Shown here one piece after another: positions 49,071-58,646 of a DNA stretch of 64,000 bases. The DNA is from an uncultured Staphylococcaceae bacterium (GTDB taxonomy: Bacteria; Bacillota_I; Bacilli_A; ML615J-28; CAG-313). Under the pieces are notes generated by a model that worked only from the letters and a program-made list of their open reading frames with translations, was not told where the DNA came from and did not search any database. How positions within the stretch are numbered: the first letter of the stretch is position 1; each line of letters starts with the position of its first letter. The stretch is from assembly GCA_964409955.1 (NCBI GenBank), contig CAYPEY010000003.1:5914-69913 (forward strand), given 5' to 3'. The position numbers and the translations under genes are program-made.

Positions 49071-49397
49071 TTAATTTAGCTTGATTTTTTGTCTTATTGG
49101 TACTGTTTTACCTATATTCCTGAAACTAGATAATATATCATGTTTTTCGGGTTTACTTTTTGCCAGGATATTTAATGCGGCATTTATTATTTTTCCACTG
49201 CTTGTTTTAAAAAGACTTCTTGTTATCCTTTTATTTTTATAAATGTTGTGATATTTTATTTCTTCATTATCATAAAATGAACATATTGATGTATATGATT
49301 CATTTATTTCTGTATATTTAATGTTATTTATAAGACACAGATATTTGATTCTTTCATTTTTAGTAGGAATATATTTATAGTGTATCGTTTTAAACAT
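49071..49397 (-). pseudogene. tnpB: C-terminal remnant of an IS200/IS605-family TnpB (RuvC-III/zinc-finger region), degenerate
   Basis: ESYTSICSFYDNEEIKYHNIYKNKRITRSLFKTSSGKIINAALNILAKS resembles the TnpB C-terminus (YTSxxCS...RGLF...G..INADxNGAxNI). The zinc-finger Cys residues and the NAD Asp are missing. The N-terminal ~300 aa are absent. No tnpA is present. Confidence 0.5.
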
Positions 49398-49418
49398 TAA
49401 TTTTCACCCCCTTTCTTT

Positions 49419-49483
49419 AAAAAACAAAAAAGTCTTATTCTTACGCCCGTATATTAAATTAACAAACGGGGTATGAATAAGAC
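49419..49483 (-). terminator. hairpin plus U-tract immediately upstream of the TnpB-remnant RBS
   Basis: GUCUUAUUC-AUAC-CCCGU-[15-nt loop]-ACGGG-CGUAA-GAAUAAGAC followed by UUUUUUGUUUUUU, then AAAGGGGGUG and the ATG. Confidence 0.5.
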
Positions 49484-49510
49484 TGTGAATGTTTGTTATA
49501 TTATAGTTGA

Positions 49511-49538
49511 ATTATACAATATTTGGTTAATTTGTAAA
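49511..49538 (-). promoter_or_regulatory. candidate promoter reading into the 49419-49483 hairpin
   Basis: Minus strand TTTACA (49533-49538), 16 nt, TATAAT (49511-49516). Confidence 0.35.
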
Positions 49539-49645
49539 GATATAAGATAAGTTATTTTTTATAGAAAATAGTGAAAAAAATGAAGTTTCCTTGTAGATAA
49601 AATAAGTTTTATTCTGTGCGATAATATGTCAAACATTCAAATATA

Positions 49646-49686
49646 TTTTAAAAATGTAGACACTTTTTTGAAAATGTCTACATTTT
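49646..49686 (-). terminator. intrinsic terminator after the 787-aa surface protein gene
   Basis: AAAAUGUAGACA-loop-UGUCUACAUUUU followed by U. Confidence 0.6.
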
Positions 49687-49696
49687 AATTTATATA

Positions 49697-52060
49697 TTAT
49701 TTTCTTTTTTTAAAAATTACGATAGCTGAGGTTGCACTTATAAACGAAGCAATTATTACATATATATTGCAGTTTACACACCCTTTTTTCTTTTCTCCTT
49801 GAGTAAGACCACAATGTATACAAGTAGCTGGCACTTTTTTAGTTGCCTCACTAAACGAATGCTCTCCTATATCACCAAATGTCTCTCCACATTCTAAACA
49901 ATACTGTGGGTTTTGGCAATTGGCGTCTACTAATGTGTGCGTATGATTAGAAACATGTGTAATTTCAACCGATTCAACAGTTCCGCTATAATAATCCAAA
50001 GTTTTATATTCAACTACTAAAATAAAACTATGATCTTTATATTCTAATGTATCACTAGTATATGTATATATACCTGATTTTTGCGTTAATATATAGGTTA
50101 AATCATTACATTTTATATACATGTTTGTAATAGTACTATCAGGGTCTTCTATTATGTATGATATTTTGAAAGCACTATCCGTTTTTATATATTCTTCAAA
50201 TTTAACAATTTTAGGTATATCATATTTTAACGTAGTAAATGTTTTTGTATATGTATTTGATTCTTGAGTTTCTCCGGTTATTGTATTTAAAACTGTACAA
50301 CTATAAACAATTTCATATGTTGAATTTTTAAAAAGACTATCAATCGTTAAAGATTCTTCATCATTTAAAGAATAATACTCTCCATTTAATTCAAAGTTTG
50401 CATTAATAATTTTCAAAATATCACTTGCATTTTGTTTTGATATAGTAATGCTATCAGAAGAAACATTAAAATTTAAATCTGGAATATATTTATCTGTTTT
50501 TACGTATAAATAACCTTCATAATTTAAGCCTTTATATATATACTTTACTTTAGCTTCATACACTGTATCTTCTATAAGCCCATTAATTGTTAATGTATCA
50601 TCATTAAATTCATAAGTTTTATTGTTTATAATAACACTCATATTTTGATACTCAGTACCTATATCATTTTTTTCTATTAATACAGAATATGATGTAGAAT
50701 TTTTAAATTGTGCATTACATCCTGGATCTCTTACTACAAAAAATAAACCAGTTAAGACGCTTCTTTCAGTTTTTCCAGAGTCAGTTGATTCGCTTACTAC
50801 GTCAAAACCACCCAATTCATTTCTATAAATTGCGCAAGCTGAACCGCCACCATCATGTTGATAACAAGTGTCAGCGTTATAATAAGAAAGTATCGCATTA
50901 TTTTCAGTATGAACTGTTCCACCTGTTACATCTGATACGTTTCTTGTTGTCATCAAAAAATATTTACCATCTTTTGTTGTTCCAAAAAAGCTTCTTGCTC
51001 GTCCTGTTGTGTTGTACGTAGCATTACTTGATTTATAAACACCGTCTTTTACTTGAACTGTATGATATCCACTCACTGATTCTACTTCTGTGATGTTTGA
51101 AAACTGTTGTTCAACTATTACCTTTACTCCAACATCTAATAATGCTTGAAGTTCTAAATTCGAAGTTTCAATAGCAAAATCACCACTTTCTAAGGTTATA
51201 TTATTACCAATACTTGTAATAACACCTCTTCCATAGAAAGAATCGACTGGTCCATATATATCTTTTGATGGATATTCACTTGTATTATTCATATATGCGA
51301 GTTTTGCATTATCAACAATATATATATCCCTTTCTGATGTTACAGTTTTTGCAACATAAGCACCAAGTGTTGAACTTTTATATCCACTATAAACTACCGT
51401 TTCATTTTCACCTACTGTTTGATTGTATCCCGAAACCGAAAAAGTTCCCACTAAATTATCATTTTCATCATATACTTGCAGTTCTATAGAATTACTTGTT
51501 CCAACATCAACTAATAATTCATTCGGATCATTTGTTATTGCTGCACCATTCACAGTTACTCCAAGAGGGTTAATTGTAAATAAATTTTGAGAATCCATAC
51601 TAAAAGGATAATATGTTTGATTTTTAAAATAGAAATATCCGCCTTTAGGATTTGCCTCACTTGTTTCATAATACCATTGATCCGCATTTACCCCCGCAAC
51701 AACAATCCATCCTGGATGATTTTTTTCATAATTTTTTGCTATTGTTGAAAGAGTATTAGTAACAAAACCACTATTTCCTGATTGAATTGCCCATGTAACA
51801 AGTTTACTAGAATCTCCATCTGGTATCATACTAAAGAAGTTAACATTTCGTTCATTATTAGTCACGCCATTTATTTTAGCACTACCTATCATATGTGAAT
51901 AAGTAACACCATATTGTTCTTTTATTTCTTCACTACTTTTTGTCCAAATAGCTGTGTTAGTTGAATCAATACTGTCGTATGCATATATATTTTGAACATT
52001 AAATAAAGCAAATAGACTTATCAGTATTATTGTTAATATACATATACTACGCTTTTTCAT
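49697..52060 (-). CDS. phosphodiester glycosidase (NAGPA/DUF2233)-like surface protein with C-terminal Cys modules and TM anchor
   Basis: Signal peptide. NAGPA-like core (AGVNADQW...GRARSFFGTTKDGKYFLMTT...YQHDGGGSACAIY). C-terminal HTHTLVDANCQNPQYCLECG and HSFSEATKKVPATCIHCG modules, then a TM helix and KKRK. Start set at ATG 52060, 8 nt after GGAGG. Confidence 0.6.
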   Translation of the reverse strand: MKKRSICILTIILISLFALFNVQNIYAYDSIDSTNTAIWTKSSEEIKEQYGVTYSHMIGSAKINGVTNNERNVNFFSMIPDGDSSKLVTWAIQSGNSGFVTNTLSTIAKNYEKNHPGWIVVAGVNADQWYYETSEANPKGGYFYFKNQTYYPFSMDSQNLFTINPLGVTVNGAAITNDPNELLVDVGTSNSIELQVYDENDNLVGTFSVSGYNQTVGENETVVYSGYKSSTLGAYVAKTVTSERDIYIVDNAKLAYMNNTSEYPSKDIYGPVDSFYGRGVITSIGNNITLESGDFAIETSNLELQALLDVGVKVIVEQQFSNITEVESVSGYHTVQVKDGVYKSSNATYNTTGRARSFFGTTKDGKYFLMTTRNVSDVTGGTVHTENNAILSYYNADTCYQHDGGGSACAIYRNELGGFDVVSESTDSGKTERSVLTGLFFVVRDPGCNAQFKNSTSYSVLIEKNDIGTEYQNMSVIINNKTYEFNDDTLTINGLIEDTVYEAKVKYIYKGLNYEGYLYVKTDKYIPDLNFNVSSDSITISKQNASDILKIINANFELNGEYYSLNDEESLTIDSLFKNSTYEIVYSCTVLNTITGETQESNTYTKTFTTLKYDIPKIVKFEEYIKTDSAFKISYIIEDPDSTITNMYIKCNDLTYILTQKSGIYTYTSDTLEYKDHSFILVVEYKTLDYYSGTVESVEITHVSNHTHTLVDANCQNPQYCLECGETFGDIGEHSFSEATKKVPATCIHCGLTQGEKKKGCVNCNIYVIIASFISATSAIVIFKKRK

Positions 52061-52961
52061 TTTGATTTCCTCCATATTTTCCTTTTAATTTTCTATGAAA
52101 ATCATATCTTGCTTCTTCCATCATATAAAACTTATCACGATAATTTTTATCACGAACCTTTAATGTATGACGTTCTCCTTTAAATAACTTTTTATCAAGT
52201 TTAACGAATTTAGGATCTATATTTTCATACTCTTCCCATAAATAGAAGCGATTTCTTGTTTGATAATATAAGTCCATTAAATCATAATCAAACATCGAAA
52301 GTACGCTAAACAAGATTCTTTTCTCAATGACACGATAATTTCTATTTCTTAATACCTCATTTTGCATAAGCAATACTTTATAACCTTTGTTTCTTGTTCT
52401 TAAACAGTATTCATAATCAAACATTGATTGATAATATTCAAGTTTAAGTGGTGAATTTTCTTTAAATACGTTCATATTAATTAATGTACCTACAAGTTCA
52501 CAACCCATACAGGGGCGAACAGCTTCTGTAGTTCTTGAAAAAAGTTCACATGTTCTAAGTGGAAGAGGTGTAAGAACTGATATTTTGCTATTATCATGTT
52601 CCGTTAGATATCTTCTCATTGTTAAGAAAGCATCTTCTTCATAATAGTAACCGAGTTTTAACACTACCCCAAAATCACAACCTGTTTTTAATAATTCATC
52701 AAGTATAATTTGGTAATTTTGTACATCACCAAAGTCATTCATATTTGTATATTGAATATTATTATACTTAGTTAATGCTTGATAAAAGTCATTTAAGTCT
52801 TGTTCAATTAAATTATATATATATAATTCTTCAACATTATTAACATATGTTTCTATTTCTTTTACATATTCTTTGATTTCAATTTCATCTTTAATTCTTT
52901 TATCAATAATTAAAGATGCATTAATTTTAATATCAGTAAATTCAGGTTTTGTATTTTGCAT
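52047..52961 (-). CDS. divergent glycosyltransferase family 2-like protein
   Basis: The C-terminal half resembles rhamnosyl/GT2 transferases (MFDYEYCLRTRNKGYKV...YYQTRNRFYLW). The N-terminal half is only weakly GT2-like. Start at ATG 52961 after GAGGTG. 14-nt overlap with the downstream gene. Confidence 0.45.
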   Translation of the reverse strand: MQNTKPEFTDIKINASLIIDKRIKDEIEIKEYVKEIETYVNNVEELYIYNLIEQDLNDFYQALTKYNNIQYTNMNDFGDVQNYQIILDELLKTGCDFGVVLKLGYYYEEDAFLTMRRYLTEHDNSKISVLTPLPLRTCELFSRTTEAVRPCMGCELVGTLINMNVFKENSPLKLEYYQSMFDYEYCLRTRNKGYKVLLMQNEVLRNRNYRVIEKRILFSVLSMFDYDLMDLYYQTRNRFYLWEEYENIDPKFVKLDKKLFKGERHTLKVRDKNYRDKFYMMEEARYDFHRKLKGKYGGNQNEKA

Positions 52962-52990
52962 ATATATCACCTCTTAAATATTATTATACC

Positions 52991-53023
52991 ACAAAAAAAG
53001 TGTAGTCTTAAAAACTACACTTT
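52991..53023 (-). terminator. intrinsic terminator after fba
   Basis: AAAGUGUAGU-UUUUAAG-ACUACACUUU followed by UUUUG. An extended -10 (TGGTATAAT, 52983-52991) for the GT2-like gene follows directly. Confidence 0.65.
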
Positions 53024-53031
53024 TAAATTGA

Positions 53032-53895
53032 TTAGTTTGCTTTATTAACTGAACCAAATACAGTCATTTTTTCAGTAACTGCAGCTGCAATACCTTTAGT
53101 AGCAGGACCTAATAATTTTCTTGGGTCATAAACTTTTGCATTCTTTTCATCAGCTAAGAAATCTCTTAAAATTTTGTTAAATGCAAGTTGACATTCAGTA
53201 TTAACATTAATTTTGCAAGTTCCACAAGCGATAGCTTTTTGAATTTTTTCATCTGGAATACCAGTTCCACCATGAAGTACTAAAGGCATATCTGTAGCTT
53301 TTCCGATAGCTTCCATTTCAACAAATCCTAAAACTGGTTCGCCTTGGTAAGGACCATGAACTGATCCAAGTGCTGGAGCTAAAGCATCAACACCTGCTTC
53401 TTTAACTAAACGAACACATTCGTTTAAGTCAGCATATTTAATACCACCGATAACACCATCTTCGTTACCACCAACAGTACCAACTTCTGCTTCTACTGAT
53501 GCACCATGAGCATGAGCATATTCTACTACTTCTTTAGTCATTTTGATGTTTTCATCAATTGGGTGATGTGAACCATCGATCATAACTGATGTAAATCCAG
53601 CATCGATAGCTGCTTTACAGTTTTCAAAACTTTGACCATGGTCTAAGTGAATTGCAACTTCAACTGTAGTATTTAAGAATTTCATTAATCCTTTAACCAT
53701 ACCTACAACTGTATCAAATCCACCCATGTATTTTGCAGCACCTTCTGATACACCTAAAATAACTGGAGAGTTATTTTTTTCTGCAGTTTCTAAAATTGTT
53801 TTTGTCCATTCTAAATTGTTAATGTTAAATTGACCAACAGCATATTTACCAGCTTTTGCTTTATTTAACATATTGCACATATTTACAAGTGGCAT
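53032..53895 (-). CDS. fba: class II fructose-1,6-bisphosphate aldolase
   Basis: AIHLDHGQS and [10 protein letters not shown] zinc/catalytic motifs. 287 aa. Confidence 0.95.
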   Translation of the reverse strand: MPLVNMCNMLNKAKAGKYAVGQFNINNLEWTKTILETAEKNNSPVILGVSEGAAKYMGGFDTVVGMVKGLMKFLNTTVEVAIHLDHGQSFENCKAAIDAGFTSVMIDGSHHPIDENIKMTKEVVEYAHAHGASVEAEVGTVGGNEDGVIGGIKYADLNECVRLVKEAGVDALAPALGSVHGPYQGEPVLGFVEMEAIGKATDMPLVLHGGTGIPDEKIQKAIACGTCKINVNTECQLAFNKILRDFLADEKNAKVYDPRKLLGPATKGIAAAVTEKMTVFGSVNKAN

Positions 53896-53995
53896 GTTTT
53901 TAATCCTCCTAAAATTATTTTTAATTATTTTTACACATATATATTACTGCAAAATTAAAAAAAAGTAAACTGATTTCCATTTTTATTTGTTTTTT

Positions 53996-54025
53996 AAAAG
54001 AAAAAACATACTTTAAGTATGTTTT
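53996..54025 (-). terminator. intrinsic terminator after spoVT
   Basis: AAAACAUAC-UUAAA-GUAUGUUUU followed by UUCUUUU. Overlaps the stop codon. Confidence 0.55.
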
Positions 54026-54551
54026 AACCTTCTAAATATCTTGCCATAAACATTCCACCAAATTCAGCAAGTGATTTTTCTACATCAGTGATTGCATCAC
54101 TCATCACAATAACTGAGCCTTGGATATCACCTTCTACGTTAATAGGTTTAATAATTACTGATTTATTAACGGGATAATTTTCTAATAATTCAAAATTCTC
54201 ACCTTTATCGATAATTGCTGTTTGACGTTTATGCATTTTATCTTCTAATCGCATTGAAATTTTTCGATTTAATAAATTCATTTTAAACGCTCCGGCAAAT
54301 GCGATTACTTTTTCATTATCTGTAATTATTATATCTTTTTTGTTAGATGCATATACACTATCTACAAATTCTTCAACAAAATCATTAACATTTTGAACTG
54401 GAGAATATTTTTTTAAAATTATTCTATCTGGTGCATCAGTATATATCTCTAAAGATTCACCTTCTTTAATACGCATTGTTTTTCTTAATTCTTTCGGAAG
54501 AACAATACGTCCTAAATCGTCGATTCTTCTCACTACTCCTGTTGCTTTCAT
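54024..54551 (-). CDS. spoVT: AbrB-family regulator SpoVT (stage V sporulation protein T)
   Basis: N-terminal swapped-hairpin domain TGVVRRIDDLGRIVLPKELRKTMRI plus a GAF-like C-terminus. 175 aa. Directly downstream of mfd as in Bacillus. Start at ATG 54551, 8 nt after GGAGG. Confidence 0.85.
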   Translation of the reverse strand: MKATGVVRRIDDLGRIVLPKELRKTMRIKEGESLEIYTDAPDRIILKKYSPVQNVNDFVEEFVDSVYASNKKDIIITDNEKVIAFAGAFKMNLLNRKISMRLEDKMHKRQTAIIDKGENFELLENYPVNKSVIIKPINVEGDIQGSVIVMSDAITDVEKSLAEFGGMFMARYLEG

Positions 54552-54625
54552 TATAAAAACCTCCATACATAATTTGTAATTTTCTCTTACAATTATTATG
54601 GAGGTATTTTTTTGTTTTATACAAA

Positions 54626-57600
54626 TTATTTTACTTTTATTTCATATACTTTTTCTAAAAATTTATTTAATGAATATATATAATTTTTAGAATTTACTGG
54701 TTTAGAAAAACTTACCACTATCTTTTTATTACGATAATCAAATTTATATTTTAATTTCAATAAAACTGATATTTCAAATATCTTTCGTGCATTAATTTTA
54801 GAAGTTGCTTCTTCATCAAAATTAAATGACACCATATTTGAAAGCTCCTGAAATTTCTCAACACCATTTACCTTTAATAGATATTCTAAATATTTTGCTT
54901 CCATATATATCATTATATCATCACTAAGTTTACCGTATCTATCAGTAAATTCTTCTGTTAATGCTTTTATTTGATCTCTTGATGTAATTTTATTAATCGA
55001 TTTATGAATTTCAATTCTAATTGAATCATCACTTACATAGTCCTCTTCTACATGTCTTGATACATCCAAGTTATAAAGGCGTTTCTTTTCTTCTTCTTTT
55101 GCTAGTCCTTTTTCTTCTTGAATTGCTTCATTTAAAAGTTTCATATATAGATCCATCCCAACCGCATCAATATATCCTGATTGTTCACTTCCAAGTATAT
55201 CTCCAGATCCTCTTATCGCAAGATCTCTCATTGCAATTTTATAACCACTTCCAAGTTCAGTAAACTCTCTCATTGTCTCTAATCTTTTAGTTGCATTTTG
55301 GGTAATTACTTTTGACTTATCATACATTAAATAAGCATAGGCTATTCTATCGCTTCTTCCAACTCTGCCTCTTATTTGATAAAGTTGAGAAAGACCTAGA
55401 GTATCGGCGCGTTCAATAATTAACGTATTAGCGTTTGGTATATCAATACCTGTTTCTATAATTGTTGTACAAATTAGTATATTATACTTTTTATCTAAAA
55501 ACAAAATTAATTCATCTTCAATTTCTTCTTTTGCCATTTTACCATGAATTAAACCAATTTTTGCATGAGGCACAAGTTTATGAATCTTTCTCCTTATCGA
55601 ATCAAGTTCAGATATTCTATTTAATAAATAAAATACTTGACCACCTCGACCCATTTCTCTATTTATTGCTTCTCTAATAACAGAATCATTTGATTCAAGG
55701 ATATATGTTTGAATTGGAAGTCGATTATTTGGTGCTGTTTCAATTAATGATAATTCTCTTAAGCCTGATAATGCCATTTGTAAAGTTCTTGGAATTGGGG
55801 TAGCAGAAAGAGTTAAGACATCTACCATTTCTTTCATATTTTTAATCCGTTCTTTCTGTTCTACTCCAAAACGTTGCTCTTCATCAATAATCAAAAGTCC
55901 TAAATCTTTAAATACAATATCTTTAGATAATACTCTATGTGTTCCAATAACGATATCTACATAACCTTTTTTAAGCCCATCAAAAACTATCTTTTGTTTA
56001 GCATCAGGAACAAATCTATTTAAAAGTTCCACACGAATTCCATATTTTTCAAAACGTTCTTTAAATGAATAATAATGTTGACGAGTCAAAATGGTTGTTG
56101 GTGCAAGATATACTACTTGTTTACCATTATCAACTGCTTTAAATGCTGCACGCATAGCAATTTCTGTTTTTCCAAAGCCAACATCCCCACAAATAAGTCT
56201 ATCAAGTGGACGAGATGATTCCATATCTCGTTTTACTTCTTCAATAGCACGTTTTTGATCTATTGTTTCTTTATATTCAAAATCAGATTCGAATTCTAAT
56301 TGTTCAATTGAGTCTTCTTTATAAACAAAACCTTTTTTTGCATCACGAATTGCTTGAACTTTTATTAATTGTTTTGCAATTTCTTTTGTTTTTTCTTTAA
56401 TACGTTCTTTTTTCTTTTGCCATTCTTTAGAATTTAGACTATTCAGTTTTGGCTTTTTATCAGTTGAGCCTAAATATTTTTCAAGTACATATATATTTTC
56501 AACAGGAACATATAATTTTGAATCTCCAGAATATTCTATACATAAGTAATCATTTACAACATTTCTCAACTCTTTTGTCTTAATACCTATATATTTTCCA
56601 ATACCGTAATCTTGATGAACTACAAAGTCACCTGGTGATAATTCTTCTTTATTATAAATTTTTACACTTTCTTTTAAGAATTTTTGATATTTAGAACTCT
56701 TTACAATCTTTCCTGGTGCAAACTCATTAGGTGTTACAAACGCAAAATTATCATTTAATTCTTCAAATCCATAAGAATCCTTTAAAACAGTTAGATTAAC
56801 TTTATGTTTTTGCAATTCACTAATATCATCAATTTTTACAAACTCTATATCATGAGATGAAAATACTTCTTCTAAAAAAGACAATTTCTTCTCATCCATA
56901 TGCGATATTAAATAAGTTCTATCTTTATTTGCTTTAATATCACTAATAAATGCTTTCATATTATTATTGTATTCAAAAGTATTAGTTGTATAAAGTGGCT
57001 CCACCATATCAAGAGATCTATCATTTAATGATGATCTAAATAAACTTGTATATATATTAAGTTTTGCATCATACATTATATCTATTAAATTTGTAAACAA
57101 ATCTTTTTGTTTAATCCTTTGATAATTTAAATAATAATTACTTATTTCTTCAAGTGTTGCCTTTTCGTGTTCAAGTGATGCTTGATAATTTTCATAAAAA
57201 CAAATTGGCATATCTAATAACTTAATAAATTCTACTGTATTTTCACAAAGATATGGCATATATGAATAAAGTTGTTCAAGATTTTGATAATTTGATATAT
57301 CTTCGATATCTTTTAAAATTTTATCATTCACTTTATTTTCTTTCAATATTTTATTTTTTATCTCATCAATTTGTGAAGCCTCATAAAATACCTCATATAA
57401 GGGGTAAATTTGGGCCATTTCTAGAGTTTTGACAGACATTTGAGTTTCTACATCTATCTCTTTTAAATTTTCTATTTCATCATCAAAGAAATTAATTCTT
57501 ATGGGGTTAGAATAATTAATAGGGAAAACATCAATTAAACTACCACGAACACTAAAAGTTCCACTAGTTGTTGTAAGTGCTACTTTCTTATATCCTCTTA

Positions 57601-58084
57601 TTACGAGATTTTGAATTAACTGATCACGATTTACAATACTTCCCTTTTTATATTCTAAAATCGCATCTTTTAATTTATCAAGAGTCATCATCTTACGGGT
57701 TATGCCTTCAACATTTGTTACAATAATTTGAGGCTTCTTTTTAATAATTTGATTTATTGTTTGCATTCTTGCAAGACGAAACGCATCACTTGATGCGACA
57801 AGTTCACTCGAAATAAACTCCTCAACAGGAAAAAAACTGACATTGTCAGTTCCTGCAATATCACATATTACTTCATATGCTTTAGATGCTTCATATATAG
57901 ATGATGTTACATAAACTATGTTTTCACCTAAATCTTCAAATAATTTAGATGCTATATACTTAGATAAATTACTAGCACATTCAGTTAAATATATGTTTTT
58001 AGTAGTATTTAAATCGAGAGCGACAACTTTTTCATAAACTTTTGTAAACCCACACCTTAATTTAAATATATCTAAACTCTTCAT
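54626..58084 (-). CDS. mfd: transcription-repair coupling factor
   Basis: 1152 aa with helicase motifs GDVGFGKTE and LLIIDEEQRFG. CarD-like domain (FVVHQDYGIGKY). Confidence 0.96.
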   Translation of the reverse strand: MKSLDIFKLRCGFTKVYEKVVALDLNTTKNIYLTECASNLSKYIASKLFEDLGENIVYVTSSIYEASKAYEVICDIAGTDNVSFFPVEEFISSELVASSDAFRLARMQTINQIIKKKPQIIVTNVEGITRKMMTLDKLKDAILEYKKGSIVNRDQLIQNLVIRGYKKVALTTTSGTFSVRGSLIDVFPINYSNPIRINFFDDEIENLKEIDVETQMSVKTLEMAQIYPLYEVFYEASQIDEIKNKILKENKVNDKILKDIEDISNYQNLEQLYSYMPYLCENTVEFIKLLDMPICFYENYQASLEHEKATLEEISNYYLNYQRIKQKDLFTNLIDIMYDAKLNIYTSLFRSSLNDRSLDMVEPLYTTNTFEYNNNMKAFISDIKANKDRTYLISHMDEKKLSFLEEVFSSHDIEFVKIDDISELQKHKVNLTVLKDSYGFEELNDNFAFVTPNEFAPGKIVKSSKYQKFLKESVKIYNKEELSPGDFVVHQDYGIGKYIGIKTKELRNVVNDYLCIEYSGDSKLYVPVENIYVLEKYLGSTDKKPKLNSLNSKEWQKKKERIKEKTKEIAKQLIKVQAIRDAKKGFVYKEDSIEQLEFESDFEYKETIDQKRAIEEVKRDMESSRPLDRLICGDVGFGKTEIAMRAAFKAVDNGKQVVYLAPTTILTRQHYYSFKERFEKYGIRVELLNRFVPDAKQKIVFDGLKKGYVDIVIGTHRVLSKDIVFKDLGLLIIDEEQRFGVEQKERIKNMKEMVDVLTLSATPIPRTLQMALSGLRELSLIETAPNNRLPIQTYILESNDSVIREAINREMGRGGQVFYLLNRISELDSIRRKIHKLVPHAKIGLIHGKMAKEEIEDELILFLDKKYNILICTTIIETGIDIPNANTLIIERADTLGLSQLYQIRGRVGRSDRIAYAYLMYDKSKVITQNATKRLETMREFTELGSGYKIAMRDLAIRGSGDILGSEQSGYIDAVGMDLYMKLLNEAIQEEKGLAKEEEKKRLYNLDVSRHVEEDYVSDDSIRIEIHKSINKITSRDQIKALTEEFTDRYGKLSDDIMIYMEAKYLEYLLKVNGVEKFQELSNMVSFNFDEEATSKINARKIFEISVLLKLKYKFDYRNKKIVVSFSKPVNSKNYIYSLNKFLEKVYEIKVK

Positions 58085-58085
58085 A

Positions 58086-58646
58086 TTACTTCTTATTATA
58101 ATGATTCATAATATAATCAACACCATTTTTTAATAAATCATCAATTATGTTTGGCATCTTTGTTAAAGTATCGCTTATTTGAACCATTTCTTTCTTTGAA
58201 AATTTTGATAGTACATAATCAATTGTATCTGTTTCTTTTTCTTTTTGAATACCTATTCTCATTCTTGCAAAATTAGTTGTTCCAATATGAGCAATAATAG
58301 ATTTAATTCCATTATGACCTCCAGCTGATCCATTTTTTCTAATTCTAATAGATGCAAGAGGTATATCTAAATCATCATATATCACGAAAATATCATCACT
58401 TGTAAGTTTATAATAACTCATCACTGCTCTTACCGCAATTCCTGAATTATTCATATATGTTGTTGGTTTAATTAAAAAGTGTTTTTCACCATTATATACA
58501 TATGTAGCAACATAAGCTTGATGTTTTTTTTCAAGTGTAAAAGTTAAATTATTAGCCTTAGCTAATTCATCAAGCACCATAAAACCTACGTTATGATGAG
58601 TATCTTCGTATTCTTTACCAATATTACCAAGACCTACGATAATCAT
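58086..58646 (-). CDS. pth: peptidyl-tRNA hydrolase
   Basis: IIVGLGNIGKEYEDTHHNVGF N-terminal motif. Confidence 0.95.
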   Translation of the reverse strand: MIIVGLGNIGKEYEDTHHNVGFMVLDELAKANNLTFTLEKKHQAYVATYVYNGEKHFLIKPTTYMNNSGIAVRAVMSYYKLTSDDIFVIYDDLDIPLASIRIRKNGSAGGHNGIKSIIAHIGTTNFARMRIGIQKEKETDTIDYVLSKFSKKEMVQISDTLTKMPNIIDDLLKNGVDYIMNHYNKK

